Assembly (NCBI GenBank): GCA_964566505.1
Contig: CAZMIM010000003.1
Coordinates: forward strand, 16,463 to 80,462
Direction: 5' to 3'
Length of the DNA: 64,000 nucleotides
DNA from: an uncultured Candidatus Saccharibacteria bacterium
Lineage (GTDB): Bacteria > Patescibacteriota > Minisyncoccia > Phycocordibacterales > PCTT01
Both the position numbers and the translations under genes were made by a program. Below are positions 29,498 through 38,442 of this stretch, in pieces; position 1 is the stretch's first letter; every line of letters begins with the position of its first letter. A model generated the notes under the pieces. It ran no database searches. It was not told where the DNA came from and saw only the letters and a list, made by a program, of their open reading frames with translations.

Positions 29498-29555
29498 TAG
29501 AGTGGGAGAGTCAGACTCTCACACTCTAGTTTGGGGAAGTCTGACTCTCCCAAAC
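29498..29555. repeat. Doublet of REP-like palindromes with AGTC(A/T)GACT core
   Basis: TAGAGTGGGAGAGTCAGACTCTCACACTCTA and GTTTGGGGAAGTCTGACTCTCCCAAAC, with cores in opposite orientation. Confidence 0.65.
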
Positions 29556-29571
29556 AAAGAAAAACCACCCT

Positions 29572-29784
29572 TTAAGTGGTTTTTCTAAAAGGGTGGTAGA
29601 TTGAACCCAACATATAGATGATTGCTCCAAAAAATAGCGCAAATCCAATTTTCGGGTTTGAAAACATAAGACCATCAACGGCATTTCGGTAGTACTCAAT
29701 CTCATAGAATGGATTGAGATCTGACATGTTCAAAAGAACAAATGCGCAAAGGGTAAGGAAGAATCCGTGCAAAATTGCTTTCAT
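29572..29784 (-). CDS. Hypothetical small membrane protein
   Basis: 70 aa, two hydrophobic segments, terminator at the 3' end. Confidence 0.55.
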   Translation of the reverse strand: MKAILHGFFLTLCAFVLLNMSDLNPFYEIEYYRNAVDGLMFSNPKIGFALFFGAIIYMLGSIYHPFRKTT

Positions 29785-29878
29785 GATGGTCCGGTTTTAT
29801 TTGAAGGAGTTTCTAATATTTAATGTAGCATTTTCTAAAAAGAAAAACCACCGAAGTTATTTTTCGGTGGTTGGGCTT

Positions 29879-30220
29879 TTATTCAAATGTGACTTCTACA
29901 TCAGTGTCTCCTAACATCATAAATTTGGTAATGAAGTAAGGACCAGCCATTCCAACTAATGCAGAAATTACTGATGGGAAGAAATAAATGAGTGCTGCAC
30001 AGAGAACCCATATAACAGCAATTAAAGCTGTTTCAACTCCCGACGGCCGATTTTTTTGAGGGGTAACCACAAACAATTTGATGTTGTAGTAGGCAACAAA
30101 AATTCCGACAATAATAACCAATAGTGCTGGTGCACTATTTATGATTAAGCCGATGCCGAGCATTGCTGCAATAATTGCTATAAGGTTAACACCTTGGATT
30201 GGTTCTCGGGTAACTTCCAT
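29879..30220 (-). CDS. Hypothetical membrane protein
   Basis: 113 aa, about four hydrophobic segments, own -10 (TGG-TATTAT) and terminator. Confidence 0.65.
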   Translation of the reverse strand: MEVTREPIQGVNLIAIIAAMLGIGLIINSAPALLVIIVGIFVAYYNIKLFVVTPQKNRPSGVETALIAVIWVLCAALIYFFPSVISALVGMAGPYFITKFMMLGDTDVEVTFE

Positions 30221-30353
30221 AAGTGGTTTCTGTTTTTTTGAAAATGGTGCGAAACTATCAGGATAATACCATTAATTTTAGTTTATGAAAAGGGTAGGAT
30301 AGTCTAGTTTTCACATCTTTCCAAAGAAAGAAAAACCACCTGAATGGGTGGTT

Positions 30354-30932
30354 TTAGAATTGAAGGGTGGGTGTGATGGATATGTCGTCTGTGTTGTCCC
30401 AATCTGATGTGTCTACTGGTATAGTACGCACCTCGCCTGTAATGTCTTTGTACTTTACCTCTTTATGTTCGCGCATGTGATCAAATAGACTTTTAGTCAC
30501 TTTTACATCTTGAATACAATAATCCACCACCTTTTGCTTTTCACCTTGTCGCCACCACTCTACTGCCTGAAGCCCGTGTGCGCTTTTTGCTGTGCCAAGA
30601 GTTGCGCCAGCAACAGCATCAAGACCAATTCGTCGTCCTAATGAATTTTGTATTGTTTTCATAAGGTCTATGCTCTTAAAAGAGAATAGGTCGCCTGAGT
30701 AATATTTGTTGAGAAGCGGTATATCAAAGTGGTCTGAGTTATACCCCACAATAGCATCAGTATTCTCAAGTATTGGCCATAGGTCAGCAAGGTCTTCTTG
30801 GAAAAAGCTTTTGTATTCATCTGTTTTTGAGTCGTATATACAAATAACCGCAAGGTCTAATAATGCCGGGTCATTTTTCCCGACATCTTGAAAAATATTA
30901 GATGTTTCAATGTCAAAAACTACAAAATTCAT
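30354..30932 (-). CDS. RNase H-like / DEDD exonuclease-domain protein (YprB-like)
   Basis: VFDIET, GYNSDHFDIP, YCIQDV. Confidence 0.82.
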   Translation of the reverse strand: MNFVVFDIETSNIFQDVGKNDPALLDLAVICIYDSKTDEYKSFFQEDLADLWPILENTDAIVGYNSDHFDIPLLNKYYSGDLFSFKSIDLMKTIQNSLGRRIGLDAVAGATLGTAKSAHGLQAVEWWRQGEKQKVVDYCIQDVKVTKSLFDHMREHKEVKYKDITGEVRTIPVDTSDWDNTDDISITPTLQF

Positions 30933-31007
30933 AAGGGATTTTTAGTAGAGCTATTGTAACATCAAATAAAGCCTTTCAGAACCAGATTTTTCTGGTAGAG
31001 TCTATGT

Positions 31008-31766
31008 ATGATTATTTCATATAAACATATAGGAGAAACTCCGCTTGATGTAATAAAGCGACTACAAAACAGTAATACAGAATTAAAAGAGACGACACTT
31101 TCATATGCTGGGCGTCTGGACCCGCTTGCAGAAGGTGTCATGCTTATACTTTCTGGAGAAAAAGAGAATCAAGAAAGAGAAAAATACCTAAGTTTGCCAA
31201 AGGTGTACGAGAGCAAGATTGTTTTTGGACTTTCTACTGATAGCTATGATGTTCTTGGTGTACTAGAAGAAAATATCAATGATATAGAGGAGAAGTTTGA
31301 TGAGGTGAAGCTATCTACTGCTCTTAAGACATTTTCTGGCGTGTATGAGCAGGCCTATCCTCCTTTTTCTTCAAAAACGATTGATGGTACTCCGCTTTGG
31401 AGACTTGCCCGTGACGGAAAGCTTTCTGGAGTAACACTACCTCGACATGATGTTGAGATTGTATCTCTTGAAACAATAGACTCACCAGAAATGTCAGGAA
31501 ATGATTTGTATGAATATGCTGACCATATGGTCAATCAGGTTGATGGAGATTTTCGGCAAAAAGAAATATTAAAATCATGGGAGCAGTTGAAAGGGGACGA
31601 GACTATGTATCCTACACTTACAATACGACTCTCGGTTTCGAGTGGATTTTATGTACGAAGTTTTGCTCATGAGCTTGGAGAAAAAATTGGTTTGCCAGCT
31701 ATGGCGCTTTCTATTAAACGAACACATGTTGGAGAATACACACAAGGAGATATTACTCATCGATAA
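31008..31766 (+). CDS. TruB-family pseudouridine synthase, divergent paralog
   Basis: YAGRLDPLAEG, STDSYD, PPFSSK, SSGFYVRS. Confidence 0.82.
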   Translation: MIISYKHIGETPLDVIKRLQNSNTELKETTLSYAGRLDPLAEGVMLILSGEKENQEREKYLSLPKVYESKIVFGLSTDSYDVLGVLEENINDIEEKFDEVKLSTALKTFSGVYEQAYPPFSSKTIDGTPLWRLARDGKLSGVTLPRHDVEIVSLETIDSPEMSGNDLYEYADHMVNQVDGDFRQKEILKSWEQLKGDETMYPTLTIRLSVSSGFYVRSFAHELGEKIGLPAMALSIKRTHVGEYTQGDITHR

Positions 31767-32400
31767 ATCCAAAGGCATCACATCTTTTGATGTTATTAGG
31801 GAGCTTCGGAATATATTGGGAATAAAAAAGATGGGACACGCAGGAACTCTAGATCCTCTTGCTACAGGTCTTTTGATTGTGGGAGTAGAGGGTGGAACAA
31901 AAAAGATGGAGGAGTATCTTGGTTTGGACAAAGTGTATGAAGCAGAGGTGCTTATAGGAGAGAAGAGAACCACTGGTGATATGGAAGGGGAAGTGATTGA
32001 TAAAAAAGATGTGTCCTGTGAATATGTTGAGGAAAAAATAGAGTCGGTTCTCTCATCTCTTGTGGGTGAGGTGGAGCTTTCCGTGCCGATATATTCTGCG
32101 ATTAAGGTAGATGGAAAACCGCTTTACTGGTATGCGCGCAACAACAAAGAAGTGGAGGTGCCCAAAAAGATAATGCGGATTCTTGATATTTCATATGGCG
32201 GTATTACAAAACACGAGCGAGGGTGTGTTATAACATTTTCTATACATGTAGGAAGTGGCGCATATATCCGCTCTATTGCAGAAGAAATAGGGGAAAGGCT
32301 AGGGCTACCCGCAGTACTTTTTGGACTTCGAAGAACTCGTATAGGAGATTTTGATATAAAAGATGCTAGCACACTTGAGGAGCTTAAAAAGGCTCTATAA
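31726..32400 (+). CDS. truB: tRNA pseudouridine(55) synthase
   Basis: DKSKGITS, GHAGTLDPLATG, YSAIKVDG, GAYIRS, LRRT; start at ATG 31726. Confidence 0.92.
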   Translation: MLENTHKEILLIDKSKGITSFDVIRELRNILGIKKMGHAGTLDPLATGLLIVGVEGGTKKMEEYLGLDKVYEAEVLIGEKRTTGDMEGEVIDKKDVSCEYVEEKIESVLSSLVGEVELSVPIYSAIKVDGKPLYWYARNNKEVEVPKKIMRILDISYGGITKHERGCVITFSIHVGSGAYIRSIAEEIGERLGLPAVLFGLRRTRIGDFDIKDASTLEELKKAL

Positions 32401-32518
32401 AGCGTTCTGAGAGCCAAATGCAAATCATTTGCATTTGGGAAATGTAGTAAAATATGTGCGTGATATAATAGAGGGTGTCTTTGAGACATCGATGTTATTA
32501 GATAAAATACGTATTTTT

Positions 32519-32845
32519 ATGAAAAATAATTGTAATTGTGGAAATGGCGGACCTGCTTTCCATGTAGCGCTCGCACTTGTTGTGATTGGTGCTATCAATT
32601 GGGGACTTGTTGGTGCGTTTAATTTCGATCTTGTAAGTGCAATCTTTGGAGACGGAGGCGTTCTTACTCGAATCATTTTCGTACTCGTAGGTATTTCAGG
32701 ACTTTGGTCAATCAAGCTGTTCAAGGGATGCCGAGGTTCAAAGGGGGCTTCATCAGATATGTCACATTCAAATGACATGTCACATGAGTCATCACATGAG
32801 CCAATGGGCGGACACGATGACAGAAATGACGGAGACGATATGTAA
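32519..32845 (+). CDS. DUF378-domain membrane protein with His/Met/Asp-rich tail
   Basis: LVVIGAINWGLVG.F.FDLV.AIFG...RIIF.LVG. Confidence 0.82.
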   Translation: MKNNCNCGNGGPAFHVALALVVIGAINWGLVGAFNFDLVSAIFGDGGVLTRIIFVLVGISGLWSIKLFKGCRGSKGASSDMSHSNDMSHESSHEPMGGHDDRNDGDDM

Positions 32846-32880
32846 TCAAAAAAATTCCCCCGCATATGCGGGGGAATTTT

Positions 32881-33075
32881 TTATTTGTTGAGTCGATATC
32901 CTTTGTAGGCCATAAATGCTAGAAGAAGCACAACAAGTGCGCTAACCCACGCAGGTATTAGGGTTGACCCAATATAGATGTCCCAACCATTAACGAGTCT
33001 CCATGCATGCAAGAGCCCTGCAAATACAAAGATAAGTGATGCAAGTGAGATATACGTTGATTTTTTAATGTCCAT
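32881..33075 (-). CDS. Hypothetical small membrane protein
   Basis: 64 aa, two TM segments; shares bidirectional terminator 32849..32882. Confidence 0.7.
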   Translation of the reverse strand: MDIKKSTYISLASLIFVFAGLLHAWRLVNGWDIYIGSTLIPAWVSALVVLLLAFMAYKGYRLNK

Positions 33076-33185
33076 AACAAAATGTGGTTATGATATGCAA
33101 TGATTATAGCATTTGTGCAATTGATTTTAGGTGGGGCTATAGTGGATAATAAAATACGTTATTATTAGCCTTATAATAGATTCGC

Positions 33186-33566
33186 ATGGATATCGCATTT
33201 TTAATTGGACGTATTCTTTTTGGAATGTATTTTGTAATGTCAGGAATTCAACATTTTCGACATCTTCAAAACATGACAGGATATGCTTCCTCAAAGAAGG
33301 TACCAGCACCTAAGTATTCTGTAATGCTTGCGGGGGTAGTTATTGTTTTTGCTGGACTTGGAGTAGTGCTTGGTGTGTACACAACTATTTCACTAATTGC
33401 GCTTGCAGTATTTTTGGTCGTTGTGGCATTTTGGATGCACGATTTTTGGAGAGCAGAAGATCCAAATGAAAAGATGGCAGAGATGCATCAGTTCCTGAAG
33501 AACATTGCACTTGCCGGAGGTGCGCTCATGGCACTTATGATTGGAGATTGGCCAATGTCACTCTAA
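33186..33566 (+). CDS. DoxX-family membrane protein
   Basis: LIGRIL..F..SG..H, HDFW, FLKNIALAGGAL. Confidence 0.9.
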   Translation: MDIAFLIGRILFGMYFVMSGIQHFRHLQNMTGYASSKKVPAPKYSVMLAGVVIVFAGLGVVLGVYTTISLIALAVFLVVVAFWMHDFWRAEDPNEKMAEMHQFLKNIALAGGALMALMIGDWPMSL

Positions 33567-33640
33567 ACATTTGAGTTTAAAAAACAGCCAGAAGCTCGTA
33601 AAGCTTCTGGCTGTTTGCTTTTTGGGAAATATTAGGTGTT

Positions 33641-34138
33641 TTATTTATGATTAAGTTCTGCAATTAGCCCCAAAATCAAAGACGCTAAGCAAAAAATCAA
33701 AACAATTACTGTGAATGTTTTAATGAATAAAGGCAAAATCTGAATTAAAGAATAACCAATGTCCCAGTTAAGTATTCTTATAAGTACTGAAACAACTATT
33801 CCAATGATTGCTCCCGATAAGGGGCCGTAGTAAAGGCCCTCTATCCATAGATTTAAAGAGCCATCTTCCTCAAAGTGTGCAAGTTGTTTATATATTTTTG
33901 TTGCACAAGCTGCTGTTACTCCCAAAAAAATATAAATATTAATAGGAATCCATAATAGAGAAATTTTTCCTATCTCTATATTCATAGGATTTAAGGAAAA
34001 TATTTCTTTGAGGTTTGCCCAGAAATAGCTTTCAAATGTTGAAAACCAAATCAATAAGCTTAAAATAAGTGAAATGAGGCCCCAAAATCTATTTTTAGGG
34101 ATTGTAATGTAGAAATTAGCAGAGTAATTGTCTGACAT
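33641..34138 (-). CDS. Hypothetical membrane protein (AT-rich)
   Basis: 165 aa, four hydrophobic segments, own TTGACC/TAnnnT promoter upstream. Confidence 0.65.
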   Translation of the reverse strand: MSDNYSANFYITIPKNRFWGLISLILSLLIWFSTFESYFWANLKEIFSLNPMNIEIGKISLLWIPINIYIFLGVTAACATKIYKQLAHFEEDGSLNLWIEGLYYGPLSGAIIGIVVSVLIRILNWDIGYSLIQILPLFIKTFTVIVLIFCLASLILGLIAELNHK

Positions 34139-34247
34139 TTTTTACACCATGTTTTTTGTTAATGTTCGATTCAAAAACACTATATAACAATAATACTGTA
34201 TGGTCAATATAAACAAAAACAGCCCGTACGGGCTGTTTTTTAGTTGG

Positions 34248-34670
34248 TTATATTTGCGAACCACAGAATTTACATTTTGTAGCCTTGATTGAGATTTTTG
34301 AAATACAGTGTGAGCACTCTTTCTCTGTTGGTTTTTCGGGCGCATCCTCATCGTACATATCACGAATTCGATTCATTGCTTTTACGAGCATAAATACTGA
34401 GAACGCAACAATAATAAAGCTGATGAGGTTGTTTATAAATAGACCATAACCAAGCACTACTGCTTCTGAACCTTCTGTAGCTTCTTTAAGAGTCCATGCG
34501 AGGTTTGAAAAGTCTACACCTCCAAGAAGCACCCCAATTGGTGGCATGATTACATCTTTTACAAGAGAAGAAACGATTGTACCGAAAGCACCACCAATGA
34601 TGATACCAACGGCCATGTCCACAACGTTTCCTTTAAGTGCAAATGATTTAAATTCTTCAATAAATTTCAT
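34248..34670 (-). CDS. mscL: Large-conductance mechanosensitive channel with C-terminal CxxC..CxxC extension
   Basis: [37 protein letters not shown]; start at ATG 34670. Confidence 0.95.
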   Translation of the reverse strand: MKFIEEFKSFALKGNVVDMAVGIIIGGAFGTIVSSLVKDVIMPPIGVLLGGVDFSNLAWTLKEATEGSEAVVLGYGLFINNLISFIIVAFSVFMLVKAMNRIRDMYDEDAPEKPTEKECSHCISKISIKATKCKFCGSQI

Positions 34671-34680
34671 ATTTTTATAG

Positions 34681-35469
34681 TTATAAGAGACCGGCAATAA
34701 TAGCGAGTACTCCAAATATAATAACAAAATACCCGAAATTTACTTTTTCTGCCAGTTTCATCAATCCTTTAATAGTGAGAAGCCCAAAAACAAATGACGC
34801 AACAAGACCCAAGACAGATGCAGTTGTGATAAGGGCACCGTTTATGTTGAGTACTATATTTCCAGCAAGAACAATAGGTATGCTCATAAGAAATGAGAGT
34901 TGTAGTGATGTGGCTTTGTCATATCCTCGTAGTAGCAGTGTTGATACTGTAAGCCCAGAGCGAGAAAAGCCAGGAAGTACCGCAAACCCTTGGATGATTC
35001 CAAGAAGCACGCTGTCGCTTGTTGTCACCTCTGTACGTTTTGATTGTGTCTTTTCTGCAGAAAGCTGGAGTACACCAGTTATTATCAAAAGAATACCAAT
35101 CACAAGTGTTACCGCCACACCTGATGATGCTAGTGCGGGCTCTATCATATCAATAAGCCCTAAGAAAATAATACCCATACCACCGCTTATGAGTGTTGAG
35201 ATAATCAGGAACCGAAGCACCTTTCTGTCGTGTGATGAGCTTTCGTGTGCATGAAATAGTGTATGGCACAGTCGTTTTATGTCGTTCCAGAAATATACCA
35301 AAGCAGCTAATAGTGTTCCAAAATGAAGAAGGAGCGCGCCCTTAAGTATCGTCTCAAGACTTCCTCCACCTAGAATATTTTCATGAATCAATACAAGAAC
35401 AGCCTCCGAGCTGACCGGAAGCCATTCTGTGATTCCTTGTATTGCGCCAAGTATTAGCTGTTCAATCAT
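34681..35469 (-). CDS. uppP: Undecaprenyl-diphosphate phosphatase
   Basis: [25 protein letters not shown]. Confidence 0.93.
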   Translation of the reverse strand: MIEQLILGAIQGITEWLPVSSEAVLVLIHENILGGGSLETILKGALLLHFGTLLAALVYFWNDIKRLCHTLFHAHESSSHDRKVLRFLIISTLISGGMGIIFLGLIDMIEPALASSGVAVTLVIGILLIITGVLQLSAEKTQSKRTEVTTSDSVLLGIIQGFAVLPGFSRSGLTVSTLLLRGYDKATSLQLSFLMSIPIVLAGNIVLNINGALITTASVLGLVASFVFGLLTIKGLMKLAEKVNFGYFVIIFGVLAIIAGLL

Positions 35470-35509
35470 TACTTTTTATTATAGCGCGTTTATAAATAGG
35501 GTGGTGTGC

Positions 35510-36157
35510 CTATTTATTTTCTGTGTGTATTACAGCCTTGAGCACCACTTCTTCATCTACATCTGCAAGAAACGGAAGATCTGGGACTGTTAGGTTGAAG
35601 TCTTTGTATAAAATAGTAGCTTTAATATCTGCTTTCAGCGTTTCGTCTGCTTCTAGTGTTCCTTCAAATGTTACAGGGTTTGTAACTCCTGAGACTGTCA
35701 TGTCACCATCGATAGTAATAGCGCTTCCAACAAGTTCTACATTTGTTGGCTCAAAAACAATAAACTCATTTTCATCATCATTTGACTTAAGAACCATGTT
35801 TACAACTGCGTTGTCTCGATTTACTTTATCTGTTTTGAATGTTCTTGCATTGATGCGGATTGCTCCGATTTGAATATCGCTTGGGTTGCTTTGATTATAT
35901 GCGATTTCTCCACCAACTTCATTTGTCTCTCCCACAACAGTTACCGGCTCTCCGTTAAGAAGCTCTCCTATAGAGTATGAAACCACAGACTCATCTGTGA
36001 TGGTGTATATCATTTTCTCACCTCCAGTATCCTCTAGAACATCTGTTACTCCAGCGTTTACGTCTTCGCTAGGTGCTTCTGGTGTACGAGTAATGTAGAA
36101 ATATCCAATAAGTAATACGAGAATAACAAGAGCTGCGCTCAGAATAGTATTTTTCAT
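35510..36157 (-). CDS. YceI-family protein
   Basis: N-terminal anchor, T...RD, GDMTVSGVTNPVTF, DF.L.P. Confidence 0.8.
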   Translation of the reverse strand: MKNTILSAALVILVLLIGYFYITRTPEAPSEDVNAGVTDVLEDTGGEKMIYTITDESVVSYSIGELLNGEPVTVVGETNEVGGEIAYNQSNPSDIQIGAIRINARTFKTDKVNRDNAVVNMVLKSNDDENEFIVFEPTNVELVGSAITIDGDMTVSGVTNPVTFEGTLEADETLKADIKATILYKDFNLTVPDLPFLADVDEEVVLKAVIHTENK

Positions 36158-36211
36158 GATTTAATATTTATGATTAATTACGCTGAATTGTAGCACAGCC
36201 GACTATCCACA

Positions 36212-37261
36212 CTATTTGACTATTGTTTCTAACTCTTGTGGAGCTTTAAATGAAATAGAAAATGTTTTTCTCCCAATAAGTTGCCCACGCGTAGTGCGCA
36301 CATCTACGCGCCATAACCCTTCTTGTGTCATACTGCTTCTGCTGTATCCTCGGTATCCTTCGCCTCGTCCTCCAGATATATCAAATGCAATTTGTGAACG
36401 AGTCACCCAGCCATTGTCAGTTTTGTGGCTCCATACGTGCGTGATGGTTTGGTCGAGGTTTGTGGGTGCAAAAACTGCACTATATACATAGAGTTCTTGA
36501 GGCTCTGATATATGAAAATCTTTTGTAAATGGTTTTTGCCACCAAGGAAGCTTTTCTTGCGTGAGTATGTATTGGTTTTCTGTGCGCTCTAGACTATATG
36601 AGACAGCAATGTCTTTGAGTGACAGAGGAATTGGCGGGATGATTCGAGAAAAATAAAGTGTGTTTATTAGAAGTGTAATAATAATCACCATAATATATAT
36701 CTGGTTTCTTTTATCCTCTGCTCGTGTTTTTGATGAGCGCTCGATAATTTTTGTGAGCCCTGCGATTGCGAGAATGCTTGCTATACCAGAGAGTATAAAT
36801 ACTAGGTCACCCATATGTGCGATAAGTACTGGGATGAAAAATATAAAGAATAAATAGAGAGCAATAAAATACACACTCATTCGGAAGACATATTTCTCAT
36901 ATCGCTCTTTGAATGTTTCGTTTCCAATGAGTAGATATAGGAGCGTTATGATAAATGGCCAACTCGTTGCAAGCGAACCACTTCGTGTATAGAGAATAAA
37001 GAACCCAGAGAATAGACCTCCAAACGCATACTGAAGCAGGTAGGGAAGAAAGAGCCTTATGCGAGACTCATCCTTTAGGTAGTGGAATAGGGTAATAGAA
37101 AGTCCTGCAATAAGCAGATATGCGATGAAAATAGCGTTATCGAGCTTCTGGTCAATGCGAGTGAGGGTGAGACTGTCGACTGTAAAACCGAGTGCGAGTG
37201 CACCAAAGGATAGTGAGCGCTCGTGGCGGAGCACAAAGGCCTTTATTTGAGAAAATGTCAT
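36212..37261 (-). CDS. DUF2914-domain membrane protein
   Basis: Multi-TM N-terminus; C-terminal SAVFAP, GGRGEGYRGYS, GLWRVDV. Confidence 0.82.
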   Translation of the reverse strand: MTFSQIKAFVLRHERSLSFGALALGFTVDSLTLTRIDQKLDNAIFIAYLLIAGLSITLFHYLKDESRIRLFLPYLLQYAFGGLFSGFFILYTRSGSLATSWPFIITLLYLLIGNETFKERYEKYVFRMSVYFIALYLFFIFFIPVLIAHMGDLVFILSGIASILAIAGLTKIIERSSKTRAEDKRNQIYIMVIIITLLINTLYFSRIIPPIPLSLKDIAVSYSLERTENQYILTQEKLPWWQKPFTKDFHISEPQELYVYSAVFAPTNLDQTITHVWSHKTDNGWVTRSQIAFDISGGRGEGYRGYSRSSMTQEGLWRVDVRTTRGQLIGRKTFSISFKAPQELETIVK

Positions 37262-37426
37262 AGTAATATCATATACTATTTTGAGCGAGAAATCAGCAAA
37301 AAATGGCTTATTTTGGGGATATTTTCAATATTGACACAGTATTTATTTGCTTGTGTTGTATTGACAGGGAATACCTAATGTGTTATTATACATACACATA
37401 GGTTATATGACCTATTGTACATACAT

Positions 37427-37987
37427 ATGAGTAATATCTTTAATTTAGCCCTATTGGGTGTTTTTCTTTTCTCAGGAGTTTCCGGCGTTTCAGTGCCGTC
37501 TCCAGTAGTTGATGCGGAGATTATGCCAGTTAATTCTGCCACAATCTCATCACTGAAGCTGACTGGATACAACGCTGTACCCGAGCAAACAAATGAGGAT
37601 CCGCACATTACCGCATCAGGTGCACGATCTAACCACGAGGTTGTGATCGCTCGTTCTAGAGACTTGGCCGGTGATCTTCCATACGGAACTATTGTTGCTC
37701 TCAGCGCAGGTTCTTACAAGGAATCATGTGGATTTGAACAAGTAGAACATCTTATTGGTTATCGTGTGGTAGCAGACACTATGCACCCACGAAAAACGCG
37801 TCAGGTTGATGTCATGTTTGGAACCAACGACACAGTTCGTCTAGGTAAAAAGCATCTCAATCCAGCAATCGTAATGGGAATTTGTGAAGTGTCAGTGGAT
37901 GTCGTAGGTCATATTAGCATCTCCGATATTCCCGATACCCAATATGAACTTGCGATGATGGTAGAAGATCATCTGGCAATGCGATAA
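37427..37987 (+). CDS. Exported 3D-domain-like (cell-wall associated) protein
   Basis: Signal peptide, TGYNAVPEQT..P.ITASG, A.SRDL, LPYGT, V.DTM, VDV. Confidence 0.65.
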   Translation: MSNIFNLALLGVFLFSGVSGVSVPSPVVDAEIMPVNSATISSLKLTGYNAVPEQTNEDPHITASGARSNHEVVIARSRDLAGDLPYGTIVALSAGSYKESCGFEQVEHLIGYRVVADTMHPRKTRQVDVMFGTNDTVRLGKKHLNPAIVMGICEVSVDVVGHISISDIPDTQYELAMMVEDHLAMR

Positions 37988-38001
37988 AAATTATAATAAT
38001 C

Positions 38002-38035
38002 ACAAAAACACACCGCCAAGGCGGTGTGTTTTTGT
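38002..38035. terminator. Bidirectional intrinsic terminator
   Basis: ACAAAAACACACCGCC-AA-GGCGGTGTGTTTTTGT. Confidence 0.75.
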
Positions 38036-38036
38036 T

Positions 38037-38420
38037 TTATTTCTTTTCTTTAAAATCAAGAGAGCATGAGTTGATACAGAATCTTTTTCCTGTAGTTTCT
38101 TCTGGTCCATCATCAAAAACATGACCAAGATGTGCTCCACAGTACGCACAAGAGACTTCTTTTCTTTTCATTCCGTGCGATAGATCTTCTGAGAGTGTGA
38201 TGTTTTCTGTATTTTCAGGTTTATCAAAGCTAGGCCAACCTGTGTGTGAATCAAACTTTGAATCAGAAGAAAAGAGTTCTCTGCCACATACGACACATGT
38301 ATACATACCAGACTCTTTGTGTTTGTAGTATTTGCCCGTGTATGCTGGCTCGGTGCCTTTGTTTTGAGTTACTTCGTATTGCTCGGGTGTGAGCTTTTCT
38401 TTTAGTTCGTCTTTATTCAT
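38037..38420 (-). CDS. msrB: Peptide-methionine (R)-S-oxide reductase
   Basis: GTEPAYTG, GWPSF, HLGHVFDDGP, RFCINS; start at ATG 38420. Confidence 0.96.
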   Translation of the reverse strand: MNKDELKEKLTPEQYEVTQNKGTEPAYTGKYYKHKESGMYTCVVCGRELFSSDSKFDSHTGWPSFDKPENTENITLSEDLSHGMKRKEVSCAYCGAHLGHVFDDGPEETTGKRFCINSCSLDFKEKK

Positions 38421-38442
38421 ATATACATTGTATAATAAAAAC
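38421..38442. promoter_or_regulatory. Overlapping back-to-back -10 boxes for leaderless msrB and YibE/F transcripts
   Basis: 22-bp spacer: plus strand TATAAT-6nt-ATG, minus strand TACAAT-6nt-ATG. Confidence 0.6.

Noticed and set aside
31642-31766. Possible frameshifted single truB gene
   Set aside because: Each ORF has its own complete catalytic motif set, so these are two genes rather than one broken gene.
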